A DNA stretch of 59,101 nucleotides from an uncultured Spirochaetales bacterium (GTDB taxonomy: Bacteria; Spirochaetota; Spirochaetia; SPDA01; CAZSGZ01). Below, one piece after another: positions 1 through 8,990 of this stretch. Every line of letters begins with the position of its first letter. Position 1 is the first letter of the stretch. Location: contig CAYTSI010000007.1 of assembly GCA_964440465.1 (NCBI GenBank), forward strand, positions 1 through 59,101, given 5' to 3'. The position numbers and the translations under genes were made by a program. The notes below the pieces were generated by a model. The model saw only the letters and a list, made by a program, of their open reading frames with translations, ran no database searches and was not told the origin of the DNA.

Positions 1-39
1 GTAGCATGAAATAAGCGGTACTGCAAATGTTTTGTGAAA

Positions 40-417
40 CTATAATAACACCCGCACACCGTAGTCTTTAAATCTGGAATCCGCCGTTACCACGGTAAGA
101 TTATTGAGGACGGCCGTGGCGATAATAATTCGGTCCGCCGGGTCGGAATGGATATGCGGCAATGAAACGGAACGGAGGAGAATGTCGTCACTTACTCCGA
201 TGATGTCGAGGTGATGGTGTGCGACTGTTTTTTCCCACCATTCTTCTACCGGCAGCGGAAGTTCCAATTTACCCTTCGCCGTTTTTACCGCGATTTCAAA
301 AGCTGAAATTGCGGAAACCGAAACGACGGGTGCTGAATCAATTTTTTCTACTACCGAAGAACTTAATCGGGACTGGTCTCCAGCGAGCCACAGAAGGGCG
401 CATGTATCTAAAAGCAT
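40..417 (-). CDS. vapC: Type II toxin, PIN-domain ribonuclease (VapC family)
   Basis: 125-aa ORF with a PIN-like layout: N-terminal MLLDTCAL with the conserved Asp, and a C-terminal VVTADSRF segment. Its start codon directly abuts the stop of the upstream small antitoxin ORF (417/418). Confidence 0.8.
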   Translation of the reverse strand: MLLDTCALLWLAGDQSRLSSSVVEKIDSAPVVSVSAISAFEIAVKTAKGKLELPLPVEEWWEKTVAHHHLDIIGVSDDILLRSVSLPHIHSDPADRIIIATAVLNNLTVVTADSRFKDYGVRVLL

Positions 418-645
418 CTAATCCATCTCTGCCCATTCATCAGACTGCAGTTCTTCAGTCGGGTCGTAATTGATAGTTATTTTAGAAAGGACGGGGTCTA
501 CAGCGGTCCGTTCAGCCTGCTTGTATTGTGTAAGCTGCGCTACCGGTTTGCCGTTTTTACAGATGATGTATTGTTCGCCCTGGATTAATTCCCGTAATAT
601 TTGGGACAGCCGCGTTTTTGCCTCGTGAATATTGACGCTTTTCAT
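418..645 (-). CDS. Type II antitoxin, Phd/YefM family
   Basis: 75-aa ORF beginning MKSVNIHEAKTRLSQILREL, a typical Phd/YefM N-terminus. It lies immediately upstream of the PIN toxin with no gap. Confidence 0.8.
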   Translation of the reverse strand: MKSVNIHEAKTRLSQILRELIQGEQYIICKNGKPVAQLTQYKQAERTAVDPVLSKITINYDPTEELQSDEWAEMD

Positions 646-647
646 GG

Positions 648-1901
648 CTAGAGCCCCGGATAGTCTAAGGTGGCGAAGTAGTCCGCCGGTGTTTCGGCGC
701 GGCGGATTTGCTGCACCGAACCGTCGGGTTTCAGGAGCAGTTCCGCCGAGCGGAGCTTGCCGTTGTAGTTGAACCCCATAGCATGCCCGTGGGCGCCGGT
801 GTTGTGGATAACGAAAATGTCGCCGATTTCCACCTCCGGGAGATAGCGGTCGACTGCAAACTTATCGTTATTTTCACAGAGGGAACCGGTAACATCGTAG
901 GTGTCGGAAACGGGAGCGTTTTCTTTTCCTAAGATGCTGATATGGTGGTAGGCGCCGTAGAGGGCGGGGCGCATTAAATGGGCCATGCAGGAATCCAAAC
1001 CGATGAAATTTTTGTAGGTATCTTTTTTATGGATTACCTTCGTTACCAGGCAGCCGTAGGGGCCGGTCACCATTCTGCCGCATTCCATAACGATCCGTAC
1101 ATCGGGCATACCCGAATTGACGATAATCGATTCATACACATCCTGTATTCCTTCGGAACAATACTCCAGGTCCATCGGTTTTTCCTCGAGGTTGTAGGGA
1201 ATACCGATGCCGCCGCCCAAATTGATCATTTCAATAACGACGCCGGTCGATTTCCGGACATCCACGGCAAGCTGAAACAGGAGCTGGGCCGTTTCGATAA
1301 AGTAGTCCGGGTCCAGTTCGTTAGACGCGACCATGGCATGCAGGCCGAAACGTTTCGCTCCCTTCTCTTTCAGGATACGGTATCCTTCAATAATCTGGTC
1401 CCGGGTAAGCCCGTATTTTGCCTCTTCGGGACGGCCGATTATTGCGTTTCCTCCCTTTTGGGGGCCCGGATTATACCGCATGCAGATGAAATCCGGTATT
1501 CCCGCGTGTTCCTCTACAAAGGGGATATGGCTGATGTCGTCCAGGTTGATAACCGCGCCAAGTTCCTTCGCTTTTTTGTATTCCTCCGCCGGGGTGTCGT
1601 TCGAGGTAAACATGATCTCCTCCCCCTTCAATCCGGCGGCATTTGCCAAGAGGAGCTCCGGAAGGGAGGAACAGTCGGCCCCCATTCCTTCTTCTTTCAA
1701 TATTTCGAGAATAAACGGGTTCGGCAGCGCCTTTACCGCGAAAAAATTGGTAAATCCGCCGGGGACCCAGTCGAAGGCCTTATACAGGGCCCGGACCTTT
1801 TCCCGTATTGCCTGTTCGTTATAGATGTGAAACGGGGTGGGATATTGTTCGATTATCTGTTCCATCTCGCTTTTGGAAAACGGAAGGTGTGTCTGTTCCA
1901 T
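648..1901 (-). CDS. lysA: PLP-dependent group IV decarboxylase, diaminopimelate decarboxylase-like
   Basis: 417-aa ORF. It has an alanine-racemase-like N-terminal barrel (FFAVKALPNP lysine region), a GGGIGIPY glycine loop and a C-terminal CENNDKF motif typical of DAP/ornithine decarboxylases. Confidence 0.7.
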   Translation of the reverse strand: MEQTHLPFSKSEMEQIIEQYPTPFHIYNEQAIREKVRALYKAFDWVPGGFTNFFAVKALPNPFILEILKEEGMGADCSSLPELLLANAAGLKGEEIMFTSNDTPAEEYKKAKELGAVINLDDISHIPFVEEHAGIPDFICMRYNPGPQKGGNAIIGRPEEAKYGLTRDQIIEGYRILKEKGAKRFGLHAMVASNELDPDYFIETAQLLFQLAVDVRKSTGVVIEMINLGGGIGIPYNLEEKPMDLEYCSEGIQDVYESIIVNSGMPDVRIVMECGRMVTGPYGCLVTKVIHKKDTYKNFIGLDSCMAHLMRPALYGAYHHISILGKENAPVSDTYDVTGSLCENNDKFAVDRYLPEVEIGDIFVIHNTGAHGHAMGFNYNGKLRSAELLLKPDGSVQQIRRAETPADYFATLDYPGL

Positions 1902-2003
1902 ATCGGTCCTCTCCTCTTTTTACACGCCCCTACAGCTTATCCAATGGAAGGCGGTGTGGTCAAGGCGCAATATTTCTGGTACCCTCCGGAAAGGAGCTGT
2001 TGG

Positions 2004-2471
2004 ATGCGGGACGAAGAAGATACTGCGGAATTCTGGCAGGAGTTGGAAGAGGAAATTGGAGAGAAAGTCCTCTGGTATTCCCTGGGCGAACTGCTGGTAC
2101 CTTTCGGCGGGGCGGCCAAACATACGGTGGGGATGTTTTTTCTTACATCAAAATTGTTCTATTTTCAGACATTTCCCCGGAATGATATTGTCCGGGTGCT
2201 GGCGAACAGTTTCCGCAAAAAGAAAAAGGGGGGAGACCGGATCCAAAAGGGTTATTCCCTCGGCGGTCTGTTGTCGGCGGAGCTGGAACGGCCCCGCGGC
2301 ATTTTAGGGCGGCTGGCGGCGGGAACGATGCCGGTAGCCGTGCTCCGCTTTGACGAAGAAACCGCCGGTTCGGAAAAGAGAGTCATGCGGTTTACCCTCC
2401 TGGATAAACAGGCGGGGGAGGAACTGATACGGAGCATCGGAACAGGAAAAAGCCATGGCTCCGATACTTGA
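2004..2471 (+). CDS. Hypothetical protein (155 aa)
   Basis: This is the 3' part of the 978..2471 ORF; the 5' part is antisense to lysA and is discarded. The ATG at 2004 is preceded by AAGGAG. The ORF overlaps the start of the downstream ABC ATPase by 17 nt. No recognisable motif. Confidence 0.45.
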   Translation: MRDEEDTAEFWQELEEEIGEKVLWYSLGELLVPFGGAAKHTVGMFFLTSKLFYFQTFPRNDIVRVLANSFRKKKKGGDRIQKGYSLGGLLSAELERPRGILGRLAAGTMPVAVLRFDEETAGSEKRVMRFTLLDKQAGEELIRSIGTGKSHGSDT

Positions 2472-3090
2472 GTGGAAAAATGTGCAAGCCGGATTTGACG
2501 GTGTGACGATATTGTCCGGCTTTTCTCTGCAAGCGGAAGCGGGAGAGCAGGTCCTGCTGTACGGTCCCTCGGGAATCGGCAAGTCCAGCGTTCTTAAAAC
2601 CGTACTGGGGTTTGTTCCGGTACAGGCAGGCGAAATATGCTGCTGCGGCGTCCCCCTGGAGAAAAAATCTATATGGGAAATTCGGAAAAAAATCGCCTAC
2701 GTTCCTCAGAACCCGGATATCGGTGAGGGGCCGGTAACTTCTATCATCGATACTATTTTTTCCTATAAATGCAACGGCAGCCGGCCGTCCGGCGAACGGG
2801 TCCGGGGACTCTTTGATACATTTCAGCTGCCCTTGGAGTATTTGGAAAAAGAGTTCCTGCAGCTCTCCGGCGGGGAACAGCAGCGGGTGGCCGTCCTTAT
2901 CGCCCTGCTATTAGGCCGGGACATCTTTTTTTTAGATGAAATTACCGCCTCCCTCGACGGAGAGCTGAAAAAGACAATGATTAAGTATTTTAGCGGCCTC
3001 GAGGGAACGACCCAGTTTATCGTTTCCCACGATCCCGAGTGGACGAAAGTACAAGACATCCGGATAGTAGAGCTGGAGAAGCAGCTATGA
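2455..3090 (+). CDS. ABC transporter ATP-binding protein (FetA/YbbL-like)
   Basis: Walker A GPSGIGKSS, signature LSGGEQQRV and Walker B FFLDE. The 211-aa size and the pairing with a UPF0014-type permease fit FetA/YbbL. Confidence 0.8.
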   Translation: MAPILEWKNVQAGFDGVTILSGFSLQAEAGEQVLLYGPSGIGKSSVLKTVLGFVPVQAGEICCCGVPLEKKSIWEIRKKIAYVPQNPDIGEGPVTSIIDTIFSYKCNGSRPSGERVRGLFDTFQLPLEYLEKEFLQLSGGEQQRVAVLIALLLGRDIFFLDEITASLDGELKKTMIKYFSGLEGTTQFIVSHDPEWTKVQDIRIVELEKQL

Positions 3091-3899
3091 ACGGCGCGGC
3101 AGACATTGGCTATTTGGCTTTGAGTTTCAGCGCCCTTCTCCTCATTTTTCCCATCGGCATCAGTCTTATTTTTAAACTGGGAATGGTAAAATCCTGGCTC
3201 TACTCGGCGGCGAGAATGGCGGTACAGCTGCTGTTAATCGGGTTTTTTCTCGAGTTTATTTTTGATATGAACCGGCCCGCCGTCAACATCGGGTGGTTTC
3301 TGGTTATGGTTGCCGCCGCTACGGGGACGATTATCTACCGCAGCAATCTGCGGGTGTCCATGCTGCTCGTCCCGGCATTTGTGTCTACGCTGGCGGTCGC
3401 CGGCGGGCTTCTTTTGTATTTCAATATAGTTATTATCCGTCTCGACAGCATATTTGACGCGAAATATTTTATTGCAATCGGCGGAATGCTCCTGGGCAAC
3501 TCGCTGCGGGGGAATGTGGTGGGCCTTACCTCCTTTTACAAGCAGATTAAACGGAACGAAACCCGGTTTCAGTACGCTCTCGGAAACGGCGCGACACGTA
3601 TGGAAGCTGTCGTCCCCTACCTTCGGGACAGTCTGAAGCAGGCCTTTTCCCCTCTTATCGCGACGATGGTTACCACGGGCATTGTGGCCCTCCCGGGAAT
3701 GATGACGGGGCAGATTTTAGGCGGCTCGAGTCCGGTGGTGGCGGTGAAATATCAAATTGCCATTATGATTACCATCGGGGTGGCGCTGACCTTGAGTACC
3801 GCGTTGACTATTTTAATGACCATCGGCATCGCTTTTTCCGATTTAGGGGTCTTACGGACGGTAATTTTCAGAAAAAACAAAAAAAATAAAAAAAAGTAG
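3087..3899 (+). CDS. ABC transporter permease, UPF0014 (FetB/YbbM-like)
   Basis: Multi-pass membrane ORF with LPGMMTGQILGG and KYQIAIM segments typical of the YbbM family. Start chosen at the ATGA overlap with the ATPase stop (3087). Lys-rich tail KNKKNKKK. Confidence 0.7.
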   Translation: MNGAADIGYLALSFSALLLIFPIGISLIFKLGMVKSWLYSAARMAVQLLLIGFFLEFIFDMNRPAVNIGWFLVMVAAATGTIIYRSNLRVSMLLVPAFVSTLAVAGGLLLYFNIVIIRLDSIFDAKYFIAIGGMLLGNSLRGNVVGLTSFYKQIKRNETRFQYALGNGATRMEAVVPYLRDSLKQAFSPLIATMVTTGIVALPGMMTGQILGGSSPVVAVKYQIAIMITIGVALTLSTALTILMTIGIAFSDLGVLRTVIFRKNKKNKKK

Positions 3900-3982
3900 C
3901 TTTTTTCCCCGAAATTTTGAATCAGCATTTGAGTTTTCCCCGTATGCCTATATGAGGCCTCAAAAACAATACGGAGGAATTT

Positions 3983-4411
3983 ATGAACAATCTAAATTCA
4001 ATTTTAATTGAAGGAAATCTCACCAAAGATCCCAAACTGTCGGAAACACCGAAGGGGACGGCTGTCTGTATGTTCAGCTTAGCTTCGAACCGGTACTACA
4101 AACAGGATGACGAACCGCAGAATGAAGTCTCCTTTTTTGATGTGGAGGTTTGGGCAAAACTCGCGACCACCTGCGCGGAGTATCTATCGAAAGGGCGCGG
4201 GGTCCGGGTCGTCGGACGGCTGAAACAGGACCGCTGGAACGACCGGGAAGGAAATCCCCGGTCGAGGATTAAAATTGTCGCCGAACATGTGGAGTTCAAG
4301 CCCGACTTTAAAGGAAAGGCGGACAGTGATAACAGCGAGATGATTGAAAAAGAACTGGAACTGCATGAGGACGCGAAGAACCCGGAGGAAAAAGAGGAGG
4401 CCCTTGTGTAA
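3983..4411 (+). CDS. ssb: Single-stranded DNA-binding protein
   Basis: OB-fold N-terminus MNNLNSILIEGNLTKDPKL...FFDVEVWAKLA...GRLKQDRW with an acidic C-terminal tail. RBS GGAGG lies upstream. Confidence 0.9.
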   Translation: MNNLNSILIEGNLTKDPKLSETPKGTAVCMFSLASNRYYKQDDEPQNEVSFFDVEVWAKLATTCAEYLSKGRGVRVVGRLKQDRWNDREGNPRSRIKIVAEHVEFKPDFKGKADSDNSEMIEKELELHEDAKNPEEKEEALV

Positions 4412-4427
4412 ACAGTGAAATACGCTC

Positions 4428-4456
4428 TTGACAAACTGGTTTGGAATAGGTAATCT
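4428..4456 (+). promoter_or_regulatory. Predicted sigma70-type promoter of the trp operon (TTGACA-17 nt-TAATCT)
   Basis: A consensus -35 TTGACA (4428-4433) and TAATCT (4451-4456) at 17-nt spacing lie between the ssb stop and trpE. The same architecture is seen at the trpB2 promoter. Confidence 0.5.
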
Positions 4457-4460
4457 CTCA

Positions 4461-4500
4461 CCAGGTGTTTCTATATATAGAAACACCTGGTTGTATTTTT
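4461..4500 (+). promoter_or_regulatory. 30-nt perfect palindrome plus T-tract: candidate trp operator and/or ssb intrinsic terminator or attenuator
   Basis: CCAGGTGTTTCTATA|TATAGAAACACCTGG (4461-4490) is followed by TTGTATTTTT. The core TGTTTCTATATATAGAAACAC recurs with 20/21 identity at 26479-26499, upstream of trpB2. Confidence 0.55.
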
Positions 4501-4540
4501 CCAATTTACGGAAAGACTATTTCCGGAAAGAGAGTTGCCT

Positions 4541-5938
4541 ATGCGGAATGACGGAGTTATGAAAGCGGTACACGGAGAGCGGTTCACCCCCTACGGGCTT
4601 GCCCGAAAATTGAACGCCCGGGTCATCCTGGAATCATCATCCTTTAAAAAAGGGCGGGAGCGGTATTCCATTCTCCTCGTCCGGGAGGCGTTTCGGGTAT
4701 CTCAGCAGACCGGCGGTGTTTTCCTCAGTATCGGCGGAAAAGAACGGGAACTGCCCCGGGAAGGGGGCGACATCCTCGACCGGCTGCGGTATTTCGCGGG
4801 GCAGCATCATCCCCTCCACTTAGACCTTCCTTTGCCGGCAGGGGGGATCGGCTATCTTTCCTACGAGTTTGCTTCGTTCTGCGATACCATTCGAATCCGG
4901 GACCGCGAAGACGAGCTTGGCCTGCCCTTCGGGGTTTTTCTTTTCGGTCATGTATTTATCATCTTCGACCATTACACCGACATCCTCTATATTATCGGAC
5001 TGAATTACGACGAACACGAAATCGACCTGAACGCCGCAATCGAGGAAACGGAACAGCGCATTAACGATCTCGATTTCAACTATCTCGCGCGGCAGCAGCG
5101 GAATTATTCCGCGGAAATTCTTCACGCGGCGGGGGAGGAGGAAGCGTTTTTGCAGGGTGTCGAAACGGTCCGGGAGGAAATTATGCAAGGCAACCTGCTG
5201 CAGGGGGTGCTGTCGAGGCGGGTTCGCGTAAAAACCGACCTTCCTCCTTTAGACGCCTATAAAAATCTGCGGTCGGTTAATCCCTCGCCCTATCTCTTCT
5301 ACATCGATTTTACCTCCTTTCAGTTATTCGGCGCGTCGCCGGAGGTACTCGTCAAAGTAAAGGACGGAAAGGCGGTTATCCGCCCGATTGCCGGGACCCG
5401 CCGGCGGGGAGCAGACCCGGAAGAAGACGCCGCCCTGGGAAAAGAACTTTTGGAAGATGAAAAAGAACGGGCCGAGCACCTCATGCTTGTCGATCTGGCC
5501 CGGAACGACCTGGGCAGGGTGTGTTCAGCCGGAACGGTCCGGATGACTGAATTTATGGGGATTGAGCACTATTCCCATGTCATGCATATTGTATCTCAGG
5601 CGGAAGGAACGGTAGGGGACGGGAAAAGCGGGGCCGATGTTGTCCGGGCCTCCTTTCCCGCGGGGACGGTGTCCGGCGCGCCGAAAATCCGGGCGGTTGA
5701 AACCATCGACGGACTGGAACGGTTCCCCCGGAGTTTTTACGCCGGGCTGGTAGGATATATGGAGCCGGAAGGAAACTTGGATACCTGCATTACCATCCGC
5801 AGCGCCTGTAAAAAGGACGGAATTATCTATCTGCAGGCAGGCGCGGGCATTGTATATGATTCCGAACCGCGGCGTGAGCTGGAAGAAACGGGTGAAAAAT
5901 TGCGGGCCCTCGGTGCTGCCGTCGGGGTGGAGGTCTAA
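4541..5938 (+). CDS. trpE: Anthranilate synthase component I
   Basis: Chorismate-binding enzyme motifs ([44 protein letters not shown]). The ORF opens with TTG at 4535; the first ATG at 4541 is chosen, and 4559 is also possible. Confidence 0.9.
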   Translation: MRNDGVMKAVHGERFTPYGLARKLNARVILESSSFKKGRERYSILLVREAFRVSQQTGGVFLSIGGKERELPREGGDILDRLRYFAGQHHPLHLDLPLPAGGIGYLSYEFASFCDTIRIRDREDELGLPFGVFLFGHVFIIFDHYTDILYIIGLNYDEHEIDLNAAIEETEQRINDLDFNYLARQQRNYSAEILHAAGEEEAFLQGVETVREEIMQGNLLQGVLSRRVRVKTDLPPLDAYKNLRSVNPSPYLFYIDFTSFQLFGASPEVLVKVKDGKAVIRPIAGTRRRGADPEEDAALGKELLEDEKERAEHLMLVDLARNDLGRVCSAGTVRMTEFMGIEHYSHVMHIVSQAEGTVGDGKSGADVVRASFPAGTVSGAPKIRAVETIDGLERFPRSFYAGLVGYMEPEGNLDTCITIRSACKKDGIIYLQAGAGIVYDSEPRRELEETGEKLRALGAAVGVEV

Positions 5939-5939
5939 G

Positions 5940-7541
5940 ATGTATGTACTAATTGATAATTACGATTCCTTTACCTATAATATTTATCAGTACCTCCTTG
6001 AGCTGACCGATGAGGCCGTGGAGGTTGTCCGGAGCGACGCGCTTACCTTCGACGACATCGACAGGATGTCTCCCCGGGGAATAATTATATCTCCCGGTCC
6101 GGGACGGCCGGAGGACGCCGGGATGTCGGTTGCAATTGTCAAACGCTATGCCGCTTCCATTCCGATTCTCGGGGTCTGTCTCGGCCACCAGGCCATCGGC
6201 TGCGCGTTCGGGGCTGAAATTGTTCAGGCAAAGCATATTGTTCACGGAAAGGCGGGGAAGGTCTTTCACGACGGACAGGGAATGTTCCGCTCCATCCCTT
6301 CTCCCGGAATATTTACCCGCTACCATTCCCTGGTTATTAAACAAGGCACCCTGCCGGAAGATATTGAAGTTACCGCCGCAAGTGAAGATCGGGAGATTAT
6401 GGGAATACGCCACCGGAACTACCCGGTGGAGGGTGTCCAGTTTCATCCCGAATCGATGGCTTCGGAATATGGAATGCGGCTGTTAAAAAATTTCCTGGTA
6501 TACAAGCGGCAGGCATTTGCCTTCGGTATAAACCTGGAAAAGATCATGAAGGGAGAAGATCTGTCCGCGGGGGAGGCCGGCGAGTTTATGGAGGAACTTA
6601 CCGAGGGCAATTTGACACCGGCCCAGGTTGCCGGTTATCTTACCGCCTTCAACGGAAAAGGGATTACTCCGGAGGAAATAGCCGGCTGCGCGGGGGTGCT
6701 GCAGCGGAAGCGGCTGCCGGTGAACGTGTCGAAACCCCTTCTGGATACCTGCGGGACCGGAGGAGACGGCCTCGGCACCTTCAATATTTCGTCCATGGCC
6801 GCCATGGCTGCTTCGGCCTGCGGGGCGGTAGTGGCGAAACACGGGAACAGGGCTGTCAGCTCCGTCAGCGGCAGCGCCGATTTTTACCGTGCCTTGGGAA
6901 TCGCGGTGGACCTGCCGCCGGAAAAAACGGCGCGTCTTATCGAGGCCGCCGGATTCGGGTTCCTCTTTGCCCCGATGTTTCACGGGGCGATGCGGTTTGC
7001 CGCGGAAGCTCGGAGAGATTTGGGTATAAAAACGCTGATGAACCTTCTCGGCCCCTTGGTCAACCCCGCCGGAGCGGAATATCAGCTTATCGGCGTTTTT
7101 TCCGAAGATCACTGTCTGGCAGTTGCCGAAGCGGCAAAAATGCTCGGGCTTCGGCGGGTCCTGGTTGTCCACGGCAGAGACGGGATGGACGAGATTTCAA
7201 TTAATGCCCCGACCCGGCTGGTTTTTGCCGATGAAAACGGAAAGATAACCGATTCGGTATTTCGCCCCGCCGAAGCGGGAATTGCCGGGTATACGGCGGC
7301 TGATGTCGCCGGCGGTTCCGCCGAGGAAAACGCGGAAACGGCACTGCGCCTGATGCGGGGCGAGGGCCCCGGGGGTATTCTGCAGGCCGTCGCCCTGAAC
7401 GCCGGGGCCGCCCTGTATGTTTACGGGCTGGCGGCATCGATACGGGACGGCTATGCCGCCGCCGCGGACGCCTTCCGGGACGGGAAGGTGCTGGCGAAGT
7501 TTGAAGAAATCCGGCGGGTAAGCGGGGAGCTGGAGGAATAG
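5940..7541 (+). CDS. trpGD: Bifunctional anthranilate synthase component II (glutamine amidotransferase) / anthranilate phosphoribosyltransferase
   Basis: The N-terminal GATase is [19 protein letters not shown]...GVCLGHQ...FHPES. The C-terminal TrpD part has CGTGGDG and HGNRAVSS motifs. The ATG at 5940 lies 1 nt after the trpE stop. Confidence 0.9.
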   Translation: MYVLIDNYDSFTYNIYQYLLELTDEAVEVVRSDALTFDDIDRMSPRGIIISPGPGRPEDAGMSVAIVKRYAASIPILGVCLGHQAIGCAFGAEIVQAKHIVHGKAGKVFHDGQGMFRSIPSPGIFTRYHSLVIKQGTLPEDIEVTAASEDREIMGIRHRNYPVEGVQFHPESMASEYGMRLLKNFLVYKRQAFAFGINLEKIMKGEDLSAGEAGEFMEELTEGNLTPAQVAGYLTAFNGKGITPEEIAGCAGVLQRKRLPVNVSKPLLDTCGTGGDGLGTFNISSMAAMAASACGAVVAKHGNRAVSSVSGSADFYRALGIAVDLPPEKTARLIEAAGFGFLFAPMFHGAMRFAAEARRDLGIKTLMNLLGPLVNPAGAEYQLIGVFSEDHCLAVAEAAKMLGLRRVLVVHGRDGMDEISINAPTRLVFADENGKITDSVFRPAEAGIAGYTAADVAGGSAEENAETALRLMRGEGPGGILQAVALNAGAALYVYGLAASIRDGYAAAADAFRDGKVLAKFEEIRRVSGELEE

Positions 7542-7547
7542 GGGTGT

Positions 7548-8990
7548 ATGCACATTCGGGATGAAATAGCGGCACACAGAAAACGGCGCGTAACCGCGGA
7601 GGGGCACTGCCTCGGCGTTCCGCTGCCTGTTTCCCGGAAGGCGCCCCCCGTGCCCTTTGGAAGAGCGCCCTTCGTTATCTGCGAAATCAAGCGGCGGTCC
7701 CCGTCGAAGGGGGACATTGCGCCGGGCCTGGACGCCCGGGCACGGGCGGAGGTCTACGCCGCCGGCGGCATACAAACGGTTTCGGTGTTGACCGAGGAGG
7801 ACTATTTCAAAGGGAGCCTGGCCGACCTTGTTCGGGTAAAAGAGGGGTTTCCGGACATCGCGGTGCTTCGGAAAGATTTTCTCCTAGATGAGGAGGACAT
7901 TGAAGTTTCATACCGTGCCGGCGCCGACGCGGTGCTGCTGATAGCGGGAATGCTCGAAGCCGGGAAACTATACCGGATGTACGAGACCGCCCGGGACTTG
8001 GGGATGGAATGTCTGGTTGAGGTGCACGGCAGGGAAGATGTCGATAAGGCGCGTCCGTTCACGCCTAGGTATGTGGGGATCAACTCCCGGGACCTGCGGA
8101 CGTTCCGGGTAGACCCGCTCCGGCCGATGAAAACGGCGGGCTGTGTCGACTGGGCCGCGGAGCTGGTCTTTGAATCCGGCGTCCGTTCGGAAGAAGAGGC
8201 GGTTACCGTCCTGGACGCGGGGTTTTCGGGGCTTCTTGTCGGGGAAGGTGTGGTAACCGACCCCGGCCTTATTCCCGGGCTGGTCCGGGCGGTTACGGTA
8301 TCTAAGGGGAATAACGGCCCGAAGGGGCGGTTTGTCCGGTTTTGGCCGGAACTAGCCGCCCGGAGAAGGCCACTGGTGAAGATCTGCGGGATTACGAATG
8401 CCGAAGACGCCGAAGCCGCGGCGGCATACGGCGCCGATGTGCTCGGCTTTGTGTTTGCCGATTCGCCCCGGAGGGCGGAAACGGCGCTGCCGGCAAAACT
8501 GCGGCACCTGCGTGTGCTGAAGGCCGCGGTTGTAACAGGCGGCCCCGGCGGTTTGTCCGGACCCCTCGCGGCGGACATTCGCGGGATGCTTGAAAAAGGA
8601 GACATTGACGCGGTACAGTTCCATGGTAATGAGCCGCCGGAGGTCTGCTTCCCTTCCGCCTATCCCTACTACAAAGCGGTCCGGGTCCGCGGCAAAAAAG
8701 ATATTCACGCGGCGGAGGAATACCGCTGCCCGCGGGTGCTTTTCGATGCCTTTTCTTCCCGGCTTCCCGGCGGGACCGGAAAACGGATAGACGAAAAACT
8801 GGCGGCACTGCTGCCGAAGGACAATCTTTGGCTCGCGGGAGGTCTGGGCCCCGATAACATACGCCGTACCGTCCGGGAGTATTCTCCGGAGCTTGTCGAT
8901 GCATCGAGTCTGCTGGAAAAGCGGCCGGGGAAGAAAGACCATGATAAAGTAAAAAAGTTTTTTCAGGAGATTGAACATGGAATACAGTGA
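7548..8990 (+). CDS. trpC: Bifunctional indole-3-glycerol-phosphate synthase / phosphoribosylanthranilate isomerase
   Basis: The IGPS part has ICEIKRRSPSKG and INSRDL motifs. The PRAI part has VKICGITNAEDA...GADVLGFVF. 480 aa. Confidence 0.9.
   Translation: MHIRDEIAAHRKRRVTAEGHCLGVPLPVSRKAPPVPFGRAPFVICEIKRRSPSKGDIAPGLDARARAEVYAAGGIQTVSVLTEEDYFKGSLADLVRVKEGFPDIAVLRKDFLLDEEDIEVSYRAGADAVLLIAGMLEAGKLYRMYETARDLGMECLVEVHGREDVDKARPFTPRYVGINSRDLRTFRVDPLRPMKTAGCVDWAAELVFESGVRSEEEAVTVLDAGFSGLLVGEGVVTDPGLIPGLVRAVTVSKGNNGPKGRFVRFWPELAARRRPLVKICGITNAEDAEAAAAYGADVLGFVFADSPRRAETALPAKLRHLRVLKAAVVTGGPGGLSGPLAADIRGMLEKGDIDAVQFHGNEPPEVCFPSAYPYYKAVRVRGKKDIHAAEEYRCPRVLFDAFSSRLPGGTGKRIDEKLAALLPKDNLWLAGGLGPDNIRRTVREYSPELVDASSLLEKRPGKKDHDKVKKFFQEIEHGIQ

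Noticed and set aside
978-2003. N-terminal two thirds of the 497-aa plus-strand ORF 978..2471.
   Set aside because: This part is antisense to lysA and has no motif. Only the part downstream of the lysA start (from the ATG at 2004 with AAGGAG) is kept as a candidate gene.
3866-3899. A-rich run (AGAAAAAACAAAAAAAATAAAAAAAAG) encoding the KNKKNKKK tail of the FetB-like permease, considered as a phase-variation tract.
   Set aside because: It lies at the extreme 3' end of the gene, so length changes would alter only a few terminal residues, and the tracts are interrupted.
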